In this document: one piece after another, positions 16,496 to 26,272 of the stretch
Layout of the letters: the number at the start of each line of letters is the position of its first letter
How positions within the stretch are numbered: position 1 is the first letter of the stretch
Assembly (NCBI RefSeq): GCF_000341895.1
Contig: NC_020409.1
Coordinates: 3,542,411 to 3,574,410 of the forward strand
Direction: 5' to 3'
Origin: Pseudodesulfovibrio piezophilus C1TLV30
Lineage (GTDB): Bacteria; Desulfobacterota; Desulfovibrionia; Desulfovibrionales; Desulfovibrionaceae
DNA: 32,000 bases
Program-made: the position numbers and the translations under genes
Notes under the pieces: model-generated
Database searches by the model: none
Told to the model about the DNA's origin: nothing
Seen by the model: the letters and a program-made list of their open reading frames with translations, nothing else

Positions 16496-18007
16496 GTGCT
16501 ATTTTCTGAAGAAACAGGGAGAGTACGTGTGCCCCATATTGAAGCAGCATCTCTAGCTCCTACTATTTTGATAGTGGAGGATAGCAGGGCCATTTACGGA
16601 GAGCTCAAGCAGTTTATTGAATCGGAGTTGGCGTATTCTGTTGATATCGTCACAACCTTTGACGAGGCCGAAGAATACTTTCGTCATGGAGAGCATGATA
16701 TTTTTTTGGCCATAGTCGATCTGCATCTTCCAGGGTCGCCCAATGGAGAGATCGTTGATCGGGTTCGGAAAGAGGGGGTCCCGGTTCTCGTCTTCACTTC
16801 CGATATCTCATCTGAAACACGTGAGAGGATGCAGTCTAAAGGAATTATTGATTATATTGTCAAAGATTCCCAAGCTCCAAAAAATATTGTCGAATATATC
16901 AGTCGACTGGGCCGGAACCAGGCCATTCAGGTCCTCGTGGTCGAGGATTCGGATTCTTTTTGCAAATTCCTTTGTGGTCTGCTTGAGAAACAGATGTTTC
17001 AAGTCACGGGAGTTGGCGATGGGCTTACTGCCAAGGAATTGCTTGTACAACCCAATGACTTCGCTATGGTCATTATTGACTATGCGTTGCCTGGGATGGA
17101 TGGGCTTGAACTGACCAAGGCCATTCGAGAGACGTACACCAAGAAAGAAATGACCATCATGGGGCTGTCGTCAATAGATGACCCCATGCTGTCTGTCCAA
17201 TTCATCAAGAATGGGGCGAACGATTTTATAGCCAAGCCATTTGAAATCGAAGAGTTTTACTGCCGGGTTAATCATGATGTCGAAATGATGGACATTATGA
17301 GAGCTTTTCGAAAGGCGGATAAGGTCAAGAATCAGTTCCTCGGGATGGCGGCTCATGATTTGAGAAGTCCGATCAACGGTATTCAGGGAATGTCAGAAAT
17401 GCTGCTGGCAGACGTCTTTGGCCCATTGAATAAAGAACAACGAGAAATGCTTGATTTTATTCATGAAGCTAATACGCACATGAATCATTTGGTCAACGAT
17501 CTTTTGGATATTTCGGTTATAGAATCAGGGAAACTCCACTTACTCAAAGCTGAAGGCAATCTTGAGGAAATGATAGCGCAACACCTGCGTATTCACAGCT
17601 TTGCAGCCACCAAAAAAACCATTTCGATCAAACATTATTTTCAGGGAATCGAGCCTTTTGTCTTTGATCAGAGGCGGGTTGGTCAGGTGATTGATAATCT
17701 TATGACTAATGCGATCAAATTCTCACCCCATCGCTCTCAGGTAGAAGTCTATGTGACCCGAGAGAATAATGATGTCCGGGTGTGTGTGCGGGACTATGGC
17801 AAGGGAGTCCCTGCCGGGGAAGAAAAGCTGCTGTTTCAAAGTTTTCAGAAAACCAGTGTTTCGCCAACCGCAGGTGAATCCAGCACCGGCCTGGGGTTGC
17901 CCATCGTCAAGAAAATCGTCGAGGCCCACGGTGGGACTGTTTGGGTTGAAAGCGAATACGAGCAGGGGGCAACGTTCTGTTTCTCTCTTCCAGTTCGAAA
18001 TAATTGA
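16496..18007 (+). CDS. Soluble hybrid sensor kinase: REC-REC-HisKA-HATPase_c
   Basis: Two receiver domains are present (ILIVEDS...IVDLHLPG...IVKD and VLVVEDS...IIDYALPGMDG...IAKPF). H-box FLGMAAHDLRSPING, N-box DNLMTNAIKFS, G1 VRDYGKGV and G2 GLGLPIV follow. No TM segment was seen. An alternative GTG start at 16529 has GGGAGAG upstream. Confidence 0.85.
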   Translation: MLFSEETGRVRVPHIEAASLAPTILIVEDSRAIYGELKQFIESELAYSVDIVTTFDEAEEYFRHGEHDIFLAIVDLHLPGSPNGEIVDRVRKEGVPVLVFTSDISSETRERMQSKGIIDYIVKDSQAPKNIVEYISRLGRNQAIQVLVVEDSDSFCKFLCGLLEKQMFQVTGVGDGLTAKELLVQPNDFAMVIIDYALPGMDGLELTKAIRETYTKKEMTIMGLSSIDDPMLSVQFIKNGANDFIAKPFEIEEFYCRVNHDVEMMDIMRAFRKADKVKNQFLGMAAHDLRSPINGIQGMSEMLLADVFGPLNKEQREMLDFIHEANTHMNHLVNDLLDISVIESGKLHLLKAEGNLEEMIAQHLRIHSFAATKKTISIKHYFQGIEPFVFDQRRVGQVIDNLMTNAIKFSPHRSQVEVYVTRENNDVRVCVRDYGKGVPAGEEKLLFQSFQKTSVSPTAGESSTGLGLPIVKKIVEAHGGTVWVESEYEQGATFCFSLPVRNN

Positions 18008-18148
18008 GCAGTTCTCTTCGATCCATTTGAAGAACTTTGCAGCGCAATTCTCTCATTGACGAGTTTGGCCTTTGCTGCAACTTCAGGTACAGATTAATGA
18101 TTCTTGTGGGAAGTTCTTCCCGGAGAAAACCGTGTGGAGGATTGATTT

Positions 18149-18622
18149 GTGGAGCAGCGAAAACCGTGCCCTCATTGTGGTGGCGTCATAGTATCATATC
18201 AAAATCCGACTCCAACCGTGGACGTGGTTGTCCTGGTGCCTGGAGCAACTTCCGAAGATGATGGCGTTGTTCTCATAGAGCGGACGAATCCACCTCCAGG
18301 CTGGGCTTTGCCCGGCGGTTTTGTCGATGTCGGTGAAACCTGTGAGCAGGCAGCCGTGCGTGAAATGAAAGAGGAGACAGGATTGGATGTCATGCTTACC
18401 GGCATGCTTGGAGTTTATTCAGCGCCGGATCGGGACCCTCGTCAGCATACAATGAGCGTTGTCTACACAGGCGTGGCTCGAGATTTGAAACAACTTTGCG
18501 CAGGCGACGATGCCGGGGCTGTTCGAGTCTATCCGTTGGGGGAATGGCCGAATTTGGCCTTTGACCACGAGCGAATCCTGGCTGATTTCATGGCTCGCCA
18601 TGGTCGGATGAACGGAGGGTGA
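18149..18622 (+). CDS. NUDIX hydrolase
   Basis: Nudix box GGFVDVGETCEQAAVREMKEETGL. GTG start with GGAGG 8 nt upstream. The N-terminus carries a single CPHC pair. Confidence 0.8.
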   Translation: MEQRKPCPHCGGVIVSYQNPTPTVDVVVLVPGATSEDDGVVLIERTNPPPGWALPGGFVDVGETCEQAAVREMKEETGLDVMLTGMLGVYSAPDRDPRQHTMSVVYTGVARDLKQLCAGDDAGAVRVYPLGEWPNLAFDHERILADFMARHGRMNGG

Positions 18623-18697
18623 CGCGTTGACACAGAGAGCTGGCAGGCTTACTTTCTGCGCGCTGTCTGTTAACTTCGTTCAAGGGATTTTTTCTTT

Positions 18698-19726
18698 ATG
18701 ACCATGCATACTCTTTGCGTCACTCTTGGTGACCCTTGTGGCCTTGGCCCCGAATTAGCCGTTCGTCTGTTTTCCACGGAAAACATTCCTGAAAATGAAC
18801 GAATTCTGTTGATCGGGCCGGAATCCGCCTTGGTCCGGGAGATGGAGCGATACACTGTTGAGCCATTTTATGAGAGAGTGACTCAGCCAGAGACCCTTGG
18901 TGACAGGCCGACCGGAGTGTACCTCTATGAACCTTTCGGGATTGCCGACTTGGAATTCCCTCCAGGTAAAGCTGTCGTGGCTGGTGGAATGGCCGCCGGG
19001 ATCAGCCTGGAAGCAGCGGTCGATTTTTTGAAACATGGTCTTGTCGGCGGATTGCTGACATGTCCTTTGAATAAGGCGATGCTTCAGCAGGCCGGATTTG
19101 AATTCCCCGGACACACCGAATTCCTGTCCGAAAAACTCGGTGTTGGTAGGGACAAGGTTTGCATGCATTTGTGTGGGCATGACCCGGAAGATGGTCCAGA
19201 CCCTAAGTTGAGGGTGAGTCTGGTGACTACCCATCCTGCATTAAAGGATGTTCCGGGTCTTGTGAATGAGGAACGGCTTGTGCTTTGTCTCCGTCTAACA
19301 AGTGAATTTACCAGAGCATTGGGGTTGTCTGGCGCGGTTGCCGTCTGTGGCCTCAATCCACATGCCGGAGAGGCCGGTCATATCGGGTCGGAAGAAGCCG
19401 ATATCATTCTTCCGGCCATGGAGAAGGCTCGTGCACACGGTTTGGACGTTGCAGGGCCATTCCCCGCAGACACCGTTTTTCATTTTGCAGCGAAAGGGCA
19501 GTATCCGGCCGTGCTGGCCATGTACCACGATCAGGGATTGGGACCGCTCAAGCTCTTGCATTTCAGCGAGGCTGTGAATGTGACTCTTGGTTTGCCATAT
19601 CCGAGAACTTCGCCGGACCATGGGACAGGGTATGATCTGGTGGGGACCGGTAAAGCTTCAGTGAAAAGCTTCCGCGCTGCTTATGATATGCTTCACCGCT
19701 TGATGCGTTCACAGGAGACAGCATGA
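18698..19726 (+). CDS. pdxA: 4-hydroxythreonine-4-phosphate dehydrogenase
   Basis: LGDPCGLGPEL, FPGHTEFL, CGLNPHAGE and MYHDQGL are PdxA metal/NAD motifs. The stop overlaps the gmhB start (ATGA). Confidence 0.9.
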   Translation: MTMHTLCVTLGDPCGLGPELAVRLFSTENIPENERILLIGPESALVREMERYTVEPFYERVTQPETLGDRPTGVYLYEPFGIADLEFPPGKAVVAGGMAAGISLEAAVDFLKHGLVGGLLTCPLNKAMLQQAGFEFPGHTEFLSEKLGVGRDKVCMHLCGHDPEDGPDPKLRVSLVTTHPALKDVPGLVNEERLVLCLRLTSEFTRALGLSGAVAVCGLNPHAGEAGHIGSEEADIILPAMEKARAHGLDVAGPFPADTVFHFAAKGQYPAVLAMYHDQGLGPLKLLHFSEAVNVTLGLPYPRTSPDHGTGYDLVGTGKASVKSFRAAYDMLHRLMRSQETA

Positions 19727-20277
19727 AGAAACGCTTTGTCCTGCTGGATAGAGATGGCACGATTATCAAGGACAAACACTATTTGAGTGATCCGGATTTA
19801 GTGGAATTATTGCCAGGTGCCTTGCAAGGGCTTAAAATGATGCAAGCCAGCGGCTTTGGCTTGGCTGTCCTCACCAACCAGAGCGGCATTGGGCGTGGGT
19901 ATTTCGATGAATCGTCAGTCCTGGCATGTAATGAGCGTCTTCAAGACATCCTGCAAGCTGAGGGTGTGATGATTCAGGGCTTTTTTTATTGTCCACACAC
20001 TCCCGAGGATGGGTGTGATTGTCGAAAACCGGCTCCCGGTTTGATGCGTCAGGCTGCGAAGTCCTTGGGGTTCGATCCTCGAGATGCGGTTATGATCGGA
20101 GATAAAGAAGCTGACATCGGTGTAGGGCGGCACTCCGGGGCAGTGAGTATTCTTGTGCGAACAGGGAAGGGAGCCTCTCATGAAGATCGCTGTCGGGGAC
20201 TTGCAGATTATATAGTGAATGATCTCGTTGAGGCTGGGGAAAGAGTGCAGAAGATAGCTCAGTCGGAAAGAAAGTAG
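19723..20277 (+). CDS. gmhB: D-glycero-D-manno-heptose 1,7-bisphosphate phosphatase (HAD-IIIA)
   Basis: LDRDGTII (DxDxT), TNQSGIGRG, the Zn motif CPHTPEDGCDCRKP and MIGDKEAD are present. Confidence 0.85.
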   Translation: MKKRFVLLDRDGTIIKDKHYLSDPDLVELLPGALQGLKMMQASGFGLAVLTNQSGIGRGYFDESSVLACNERLQDILQAEGVMIQGFFYCPHTPEDGCDCRKPAPGLMRQAAKSLGFDPRDAVMIGDKEADIGVGRHSGAVSILVRTGKGASHEDRCRGLADYIVNDLVEAGERVQKIAQSERK

Positions 20278-20299
20278 CGAAATTTACTTGAAAGAAGAA

Positions 20300-20333
20300 A
20301 AAGCCGGATTCCAAATGGAAACCGGTTTTTTTT
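20300..20333. terminator. Bidirectional intrinsic terminator between gmhB (+) and the small minus-strand ORF
   Basis: Stem CCGGATTCC / GGAAACCGG (one mismatch) with loop AAAT. T8 follows on the plus strand and CTTTTTCTTCTTT follows on the minus strand. Confidence 0.75.
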
Positions 20334-20347
20334 GCGCCATAAAAACG

Positions 20348-20461
20348 CTATTTTGACTGTTTATCAAGAAAGTGTGTCCCAACACACATCAGCAAGCTGA
20401 AGCTTATCTCGATTCCAGCCATGGGGAAGACCAACCACCCCAATTCCGTCCAATAGTTCAT
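20348..20461 (-). CDS. Candidate 37-aa small hydrophobic protein (below the ORF-track cutoff)
   Basis: AGGAGG sits 5 nt before the ATG. Translation is MNYWTELGWLVFPMAGIEISFSLLMCVGTHFLDKQSK. It ends 14 nt before the bidirectional terminator and is the last gene of the minus-strand array. Confidence 0.3.
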   Translation of the reverse strand: MNYWTELGWLVFPMAGIEISFSLLMCVGTHFLDKQSK

Positions 20462-20575
20462 GGGTGCCTCCTTCCACTGAATGTGAAAGAAGGTGTCTAA
20501 CATTGGTAGTGATTCGTGTAAAGCTTCCCTTCTAAAGGTGAAGAATGCTGAAGGAACACTTCATTTTAAAAGAGC

Positions 20576-21451
20576 TTATTGGGAGAGCTTTTTTCTCGCG
20601 AATTTGAGCATTTTGGCTGCTTCATCAAACCCGGAATTGATCATGACTGCATTTTGTGCCGATTGTGCCATTTGTGGCCATTTTTTCCAATCGTAATACA
20701 GTCGTCCCAGGTTGTAGTGAAGGTATTCATCTTCAGAACTCAGCGTTAATGCCTTGAGGTAGTATTTCTCTGCAGTCTCGTAATCTTTCATTTTGCGAAG
20801 AACCATTCCGATCCGATTATATAAATGAATCGCATTGGGGTCATCTCGCAAAGCATCTTCCAGCATGTGGAAGGCTTCTTTGTAGCGCCCTGCGTTGAGG
20901 TAGCGATCTGCTATGTCGGCCTTGAGATCAGTATCTCCGCCAAAGTCCTTGACCAACTGATCAAAGGTTCCCTTGGCTTCATCCCAGTTCTGATTGTCGA
21001 GTTGCTCCTGACCCTTGGCGACTTCGGAGGCTTTTTTTGCCAGCATAGCCTGCATGTCGCCCTGAACCTGATCATTGAGCGCGCTTTGCAGCTCTTGCAA
21101 AAGGGAGCGCATTTCATCCAAAAGAGCGCGCTCCTGTCCCGGTGTGTAGCTGATGACCAGAGGGTAGACTTCTCGAATCTTTTTGTCATTGTTCAGGCTT
21201 TGGGTAACCTTGAAGATGATTTCTTCAAATTCATCCCTTTCGCCTTTCATGACAGAGTTTTTCAGAAACAGGATGAGACCATCATGGATGCTTTGCACCG
21301 CAGCCATGTATTTGCCCTTTTTAAGCATGGTCGTGACGGAATTCAGTTTCTTTCGTGCATTGACTAATTCGGACATATCTTCCTGCTCTTGTGGACGTTC
21401 TTTCTCAAGTAATGCGGGGTTATTTCCCTGTACTTTCCTGAACCATATCAC
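20576..21451 (-). CDS. TPR-repeat protein of unknown function
   Basis: The C-terminal half has three to four TPR-like units ([65 protein letters not shown]). An alternative start at ATG 21376 ([10 protein letters not shown]) would remove the 32-nt overlap with carA. Confidence 0.7.
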   Translation of the reverse strand: MIWFRKVQGNNPALLEKERPQEQEDMSELVNARKKLNSVTTMLKKGKYMAAVQSIHDGLILFLKNSVMKGERDEFEEIIFKVTQSLNNDKKIREVYPLVISYTPGQERALLDEMRSLLQELQSALNDQVQGDMQAMLAKKASEVAKGQEQLDNQNWDEAKGTFDQLVKDFGGDTDLKADIADRYLNAGRYKEAFHMLEDALRDDPNAIHLYNRIGMVLRKMKDYETAEKYYLKALTLSSEDEYLHYNLGRLYYDWKKWPQMAQSAQNAVMINSGFDEAAKMLKFARKKLSQ

Positions 21452-22544
21452 GGAATCTCGAAAAGAAATAGCGGCTGTCGTGTGGGCCTGGACCTGCTTC
21501 AGGGTGATGCTGGATGGCCAGGATCGGCTTGTCTTTGTGCCGAAATCCTTCCAGAGTTTTGTCGTTGAGGTTCATGTGTGTGGTCTCCAGGAAGTTCAAT
21601 CCCTCGATATCGACACAAAATCCATGATTTTGGGAAGATATTTCGATTTTCTCAGTTTGGAGATCCATGACAGGGTGATTGCATCCGTGGTGGCCGAACT
21701 TGAGTTTATAAGTGGTGCCGCCAAGGGCAAGACCAAGAATTTGGTGCCCTAGACAGATGCCAGCGACAGGGTAGTCCTCACAAAGGTCTTTGGTGGCTGT
21801 CACAGCGGTCGTAACCGCAGCAGGGTCACCGGGACCATTCGACAGGAAGACTGCGTCCGGGTTGAGGTGCCGCACTTGTGCGGCAGAAAAACCAGAGGGC
21901 AGGATGATCATGTCAAAGCCTTGTGCATCGAGAAGGCGCAGGATATTCCACTTGATGCCGAAATCATAGACGGCAAGTCTGGGGCCTGTTCCTTTCCATG
22001 AAAAATCGTCGATGTTGTCTATGAAGACAGGAGCCGTGCCATTCCATGTATAGGGTTTGTCACATGTCACCCTGTCAGCCAGATTCAGGCCTTCCATATT
22101 CTCGATGGATTGAGCTTTCTTGACCAGTTCTGCAGGGTCGTGGTCTCCGGTCGCCATGAAACCACGTTGGGCACCATGGATGCGCAGATGTCTGGTCAGG
22201 GCGCGAGTGTCAATCCCCTCAATACCCATGACTCCGACTTCCTTGAGATATTCAGGGAGAGGCATGGTGGAACGCCAGTTGCTGGGTTTCTTGCAACATT
22301 CTTTGACGATGAATCCTCCGGCCTGTACTTTTCGAGATTCGACATCCTCGGGATTGACTCCATAGTTTCCGATAAGAGGGTAGGTCATGGTGACCATCTG
22401 TCCGGTATAGGAAGGGTCAGTGAGGATTTCCTGATAGCCGGTCATGCCGGTATTAAAGATGACTTCTCCACTGGCTTCGCCGTCTCCTGTGAAACTTGTG
22501 CCGTGGAATAAGGTGCCGTCTTCGAGGGCCAATATCGCTTTCAT
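21420..22544 (-). CDS. carA: Carbamoyl-phosphate synthase small (glutaminase) subunit
   Basis: The N-terminus [15 protein letters not shown] is typical. GICLGHQ (catalytic Cys) and QHHPE (His/Glu of the triad) are present. 374 aa. Confidence 0.95.
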   Translation of the reverse strand: MKAILALEDGTLFHGTSFTGDGEASGEVIFNTGMTGYQEILTDPSYTGQMVTMTYPLIGNYGVNPEDVESRKVQAGGFIVKECCKKPSNWRSTMPLPEYLKEVGVMGIEGIDTRALTRHLRIHGAQRGFMATGDHDPAELVKKAQSIENMEGLNLADRVTCDKPYTWNGTAPVFIDNIDDFSWKGTGPRLAVYDFGIKWNILRLLDAQGFDMIILPSGFSAAQVRHLNPDAVFLSNGPGDPAAVTTAVTATKDLCEDYPVAGICLGHQILGLALGGTTYKLKFGHHGCNHPVMDLQTEKIEISSQNHGFCVDIEGLNFLETTHMNLNDKTLEGFRHKDKPILAIQHHPEAGPGPHDSRYFFSRFRDMVQESTGK

Positions 22545-23284
22545 TACTCTCTCTCCAGAATATCTTTGGCTTTTTCGAGGTCCTGTGGGCTGTCTACCCC
22601 ATGGCAGGTGTGTCTCGTTTCTGTCACGTAAATATCGATACCGTCTTCGAGCAAACGCAGTTGCTCCAGTTTTTCTCTTCGTTCCAAAGGGCTGGGAGCC
22701 AACTCTCCAAATCGAGCCAGGGCATCCATCCGAAAGGCGTAGAGACCGATGTGGAGCAGGAATCCATGGATTTTCTCATCCCTGTCAAAAGGCACCATGG
22801 ATCGGGAGAAATAGAGTGCCCTTCCATTTTTTGCCCGAACAATCTTGACCCGGTCCGGGGACACGGCCTCCTCGTATCCAACAGATGTCGCGAGCGTTGC
22901 CACCCGGACATGGTCGGATGAAAATGGGCATACCAGTTCACTTAGCATGTCCGGTTCCAGGCATGGTTCGTCTCCCTGGATGTTCACAACGACGGACTCG
23001 GTGTCGAGAGCGAGCAGACGGGCTGCTTCCAGGACTCGGTCAGTACCACTCTGGTGCGTTGCCGATGTCATGACAACCGGAACTTCAAGCCCTTGAGCTG
23101 CGTCATAGATGCGTTGATCATCCGTAGCAAGAGTAACACTGCTCATCTGGGGGCACCGGGACGCCCGTTCATAGACGTGCCAAAACATCGGCTTACCATG
23201 GATTTTGACCAAGGGTTTGCCGGGAAATCTCGAGGAAGCATACCTCGCCGGGATTATTCCGTGACATTCGGGAAAGCTGCTCAT
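22544..23284 (-). CDS. kdsB: 3-deoxy-manno-octulosonate cytidylyltransferase (CMP-Kdo synthetase)
   Basis: [30 protein letters not shown] and VVNIQGDEP are present. Confidence 0.9.
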   Translation of the reverse strand: MSSFPECHGIIPARYASSRFPGKPLVKIHGKPMFWHVYERASRCPQMSSVTLATDDQRIYDAAQGLEVPVVMTSATHQSGTDRVLEAARLLALDTESVVVNIQGDEPCLEPDMLSELVCPFSSDHVRVATLATSVGYEEAVSPDRVKIVRAKNGRALYFSRSMVPFDRDEKIHGFLLHIGLYAFRMDALARFGELAPSPLERREKLEQLRLLEDGIDIYVTETRHTCHGVDSPQDLEKAKDILERE

Positions 23285-23305
23285 TGTTTCCTGCGCTGTG
23301 GCTTG

Positions 23306-24592
23306 TTAGTCTTTATTGAGAAAATCGGCAACCTGTTTGGCTACGGCTGCCGCGCCGCCCAGTCGGTCATGTATATACGCTTTTGCTCTCTTCACAACTT
23401 CGGTCCGCATCAGAGGGTTGTCAAGTGTGGTGATCAACGAATCCAAAGCTTCTGCTCCATCAGCGGCCTCCAAGGCAAGACCGTTCTCAATGATTTCGCG
23501 ACCGACCCATGCGAAGTTTTTCCAATGAGGACCGGTCACTGGGGTCACGCCACATGTTAACGGTTCAAGAAAATTCTGTCCGCCAAGGGGAGCGAGACTG
23601 CCGCCGACGAAGGCGGCCTTGGCTAGCCCATATGCCGGGAAAAGTTCCCCAAATGTATCCCAGAGGATGACTGTCCCAGGGCGTGCTTTTCCTTCGGATT
23701 CCGAGCGGAGTACCCAGTGAATTCCTTTGTCATTCAGGGCCTTTTTCCATAAAGAAACATGGTGGAGATGGCGTGGGAAAAGTCCCAGTATGGTCGTGGG
23801 CCTTTGTCGCATCAGGCCTGCGGCCAAGTGAGAGACCGCTGCCAGTTCCTGTTTGCGGACAGAGCCGAAGACAACAAAATCGGCATCAACAGGAATTACG
23901 TCCCGAAGAGGGTTCTTCTCATTGCTCATGGGACCAGCCTCTGCCATTCGGTCAAATTTAATGTTGGGCATGACCCAAACCTTGTCTCGGCCAAAAATCG
24001 TTCCGAATCTGCGCCCGTCTTCTTGGGACACAGCCATTATCCTGTCTGGGCCAAGTGTACGAAAGAAAGTAGGCCAAGCCATATAGCCGCCGAGACTTTT
24101 AGGACTCATCCGTCCATTTGCAAGGAGGATGCGAACACCGTATTCCTTGCATGCATTGAGAAAGCCAGGCCAGATTTCAGTTTCAAGAATCAAGGCGGCT
24201 TGAGGCCGGACATGCCCGACCATTCGCCGCATTATGGCTGGCGAGTCAAAAGGGAAATACCATGGCTGGATTGCCAGCCCGGACTGGGACGCATTGATTT
24301 CCTGTGCGGCCCGGCAGAGAGTCTCGTACCCCTGGAGTGTATTGGTCGTGACCAGTACTCGGAGTGAATGGGTGAAAGGGGAGCGGAGTTCTTTGAGGAC
24401 TTCCCATGCTAGGTAGGCCTCACCACCGCTTGCAGCTTGTATCCATATATGAGCGGGAGCCGGAACTCCACCATTGAGCGTCCGTTGGTCCCATCCTTCC
24501 TTGAGCCGGTGGTTGAGTTTGAGCAGGGGGAGTGCCGCCTTCCAGACAACACCATAGGCCGAAAGGGTTGCGTCAATCAGAGCTTTCCCCAT
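23306..24592 (-). CDS. waaA: 3-deoxy-D-manno-octulosonic acid (Kdo) transferase
   Basis: HIWIQAASGGE, ILETEIWP, GGSLAPLGGQNFLEP and GPHWKNF are WaaA/KdtA motifs. ATG 24592 lies 1 nt after the ddl stop. The longest ORF (to 24661) would overlap ddl by 68 nt. Confidence 0.85.
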   Translation of the reverse strand: MGKALIDATLSAYGVVWKAALPLLKLNHRLKEGWDQRTLNGGVPAPAHIWIQAASGGEAYLAWEVLKELRSPFTHSLRVLVTTNTLQGYETLCRAAQEINASQSGLAIQPWYFPFDSPAIMRRMVGHVRPQAALILETEIWPGFLNACKEYGVRILLANGRMSPKSLGGYMAWPTFFRTLGPDRIMAVSQEDGRRFGTIFGRDKVWVMPNIKFDRMAEAGPMSNEKNPLRDVIPVDADFVVFGSVRKQELAAVSHLAAGLMRQRPTTILGLFPRHLHHVSLWKKALNDKGIHWVLRSESEGKARPGTVILWDTFGELFPAYGLAKAAFVGGSLAPLGGQNFLEPLTCGVTPVTGPHWKNFAWVGREIIENGLALEAADGAEALDSLITTLDNPLMRTEVVKRAKAYIHDRLGGAAAVAKQVADFLNKD

Positions 24593-24593
24593 T

Positions 24594-25508
24594 TTATTCA
24601 GCCTTGTCTCGAAGGCCGACTTCGATGAGTTTCGCGATGAGTTCCTTGAAAGACATGCCAATGGCTCCGGCTGCCCTGGGCAGCAGGCTGGTTGGAGTCA
24701 TGCCGGGGAGGGTGTTGATTTCAAGAAGGTAGGCATTGCCTTCTTCCGTTAATATAAAGTCACCGCGGCTATATCCATTTAGTCCGAGAGCGTGGTGTGC
24801 AACGATCATTTGTGCCTGGATGGCAGCCGTGATCGCTTCACTGACAGGGGCAGGGCAAATTTCTTCAGCGCCGTCTTCAGCATATTTATTTTCATAATCA
24901 AAGAATGATGCGCCATCCTTGGGCCTGATCATGATCAGCGGCAATGGTGCGCCGTCCAGGATGCCGCATGTCAGTTCCACTCCCGGTATATATTCTTCAA
25001 CAAGAGCGGATTGGCACATGGCAAAGACTTTGGCCAAGGCAGCCGGAAAATCTTCGTTTTTTTCCACCAGTGACATGCCAAGGCTTGAACCGCCCTTATC
25101 CGGCTTGACAAAAACCGGCAGGTTCAATTCCAAAGGTGCTTCGGTTCCCTGTGGGGGAGTGATCAGTTGCCACTCTGGTGTTCTGATTCCTCTGGCCTCG
25201 AAAACTTCCTTGGCTGCAGCCTTGTTCAGGGCGAGATAGGACGCCGCTGCTCCGGTTCCCTGATATGGACAGTTCGCCTTGTCCAGAACTGCCTGGATAA
25301 GGCCGTCTTCTCCTGGAGTACCGTGGAGATTGATGAAGGCGAAGTCAGCCTGTTTGGCTTTGGGCAGAAGGTTTTTAAAATCTTCTGCCGGGTCGAAGAA
25401 AATTACCTCGTGTCCGAGATCTTCAAGGGCAGTACGAATTTGCCTGGCTCCAGAGAGAGAGACCTCTCTTTCGTCAGACCAGCCGCCCGCTATCAAAATC
25501 ACATGCAT
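24594..25508 (-). CDS. ddl: D-alanine--D-alanine ligase
   Basis: GGWSDEREVSLSG, FINLHGTPGEDG, VKPDKGGSSLG, EEYIPGVELTCGIL and LLEINTLPGMT are present. Confidence 0.95.
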   Translation of the reverse strand: MHVILIAGGWSDEREVSLSGARQIRTALEDLGHEVIFFDPAEDFKNLLPKAKQADFAFINLHGTPGEDGLIQAVLDKANCPYQGTGAAASYLALNKAAAKEVFEARGIRTPEWQLITPPQGTEAPLELNLPVFVKPDKGGSSLGMSLVEKNEDFPAALAKVFAMCQSALVEEYIPGVELTCGILDGAPLPLIMIRPKDGASFFDYENKYAEDGAEEICPAPVSEAITAAIQAQMIVAHHALGLNGYSRGDFILTEEGNAYLLEINTLPGMTPTSLLPRAAGAIGMSFKELIAKLIEVGLRDKAE

Positions 25509-26208
25509 TCAAATCTACCTCTATGGTTTCGCCCAGCAAACTTTCCAACTCCACGGCCTGTGCCCTGGTTATTTCGATTCGCTTGCGAATATAGTCATTG
25601 ACACCGTATCGCTCAACGAGATCCTTAAAGCGGGATTCGATGGTCACGATGGAGTTGTGGCGGACCCGTTTGTCCGCATAGATGACAGTCAAGGGGATAA
25701 AGTACTTTGCCATATCCATGTCAAAAGGCCAGTAGACATGGTGGCTGACTCCACTTGCAATGGCTGGATTCCGCGTCATTTCCATGGTCCACGAACCACC
25801 CAGTTGGCTGTGATTGCCTCCGTGGAGTATACTGTAACTCTTGGCAATGTCATGCATCAGGGCTGAAGCTCGGACTGTGGGGACATCTATATTCATGCCG
25901 AGAGCAGAGGCTCGCCGGGCCACAAACGTGGCTACGCGCGCAACTTCAAGGCTGTGTTCCGCGACATTGTCGAACATAGAATAATGTGTCCAGTATTCTC
26001 TGCACTGACTCTCATTGGGAACAGACAAGGCCTTGTCAATAACGACGGGGGGAGGAGGGGGCAGCGTAGAGAGATGCTGCTCTTCAACTATTTCAGGTGT
26101 TTCGTTGGTGCTCATGGCATAGGGTGCAAGCTGTCTTCTCTCAGGAAGCGTCATTGCCTCCTGCTCTTCATACCTATCAGCACGCGGTGGAAAAATAAAG
26201 CATTGCAA
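25474..26208 (-). CDS. HD-domain phosphohydrolase (subfamily not assigned; YqeK-like HDIAK motif)
   Basis: AEHSLEVARVA...ASALMHDIAK gives the H...HD signature. The N-terminal region contains PPPPP. The start is uncertain: TTG 26208, ATG 26154 (AGGAGG only 2 nt upstream) or ATG 26115. The 3' end overlaps ddl by 35 nt. Confidence 0.65.
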   Translation of the reverse strand: MQCFIFPPRADRYEEQEAMTLPERRQLAPYAMSTNETPEIVEEQHLSTLPPPPPVVIDKALSVPNESQCREYWTHYSMFDNVAEHSLEVARVATFVARRASALGMNIDVPTVRASALMHDIAKSYSILHGGNHSQLGGSWTMEMTRNPAIASGVSHHVYWPFDMDMAKYFIPLTVIYADKRVRHNSIVTIESRFKDLVERYGVNDYIRKRIEITRAQAVELESLLGETIEVDLNACDFDSGRLV

Positions 26209-26228
26209 CGGCAGGATTTCATGTGGTC

Positions 26229-26257
26229 AGACCGACCGTCACAGAGGCGGTCGGTCT
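26229..26257. other. GC-rich stem-loop in the 64-nt gap between the NifX-like gene and the HD gene
   Basis: AGACCGACCG - 9-nt loop - CGGTCGGTCT is a perfect 10-bp stem. The T-run (TTTT) is on the plus-strand side although both flanking genes are on the minus strand. Confidence 0.5.
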
Positions 26258-26272
26258 TTTGCCTCAAGCCGA

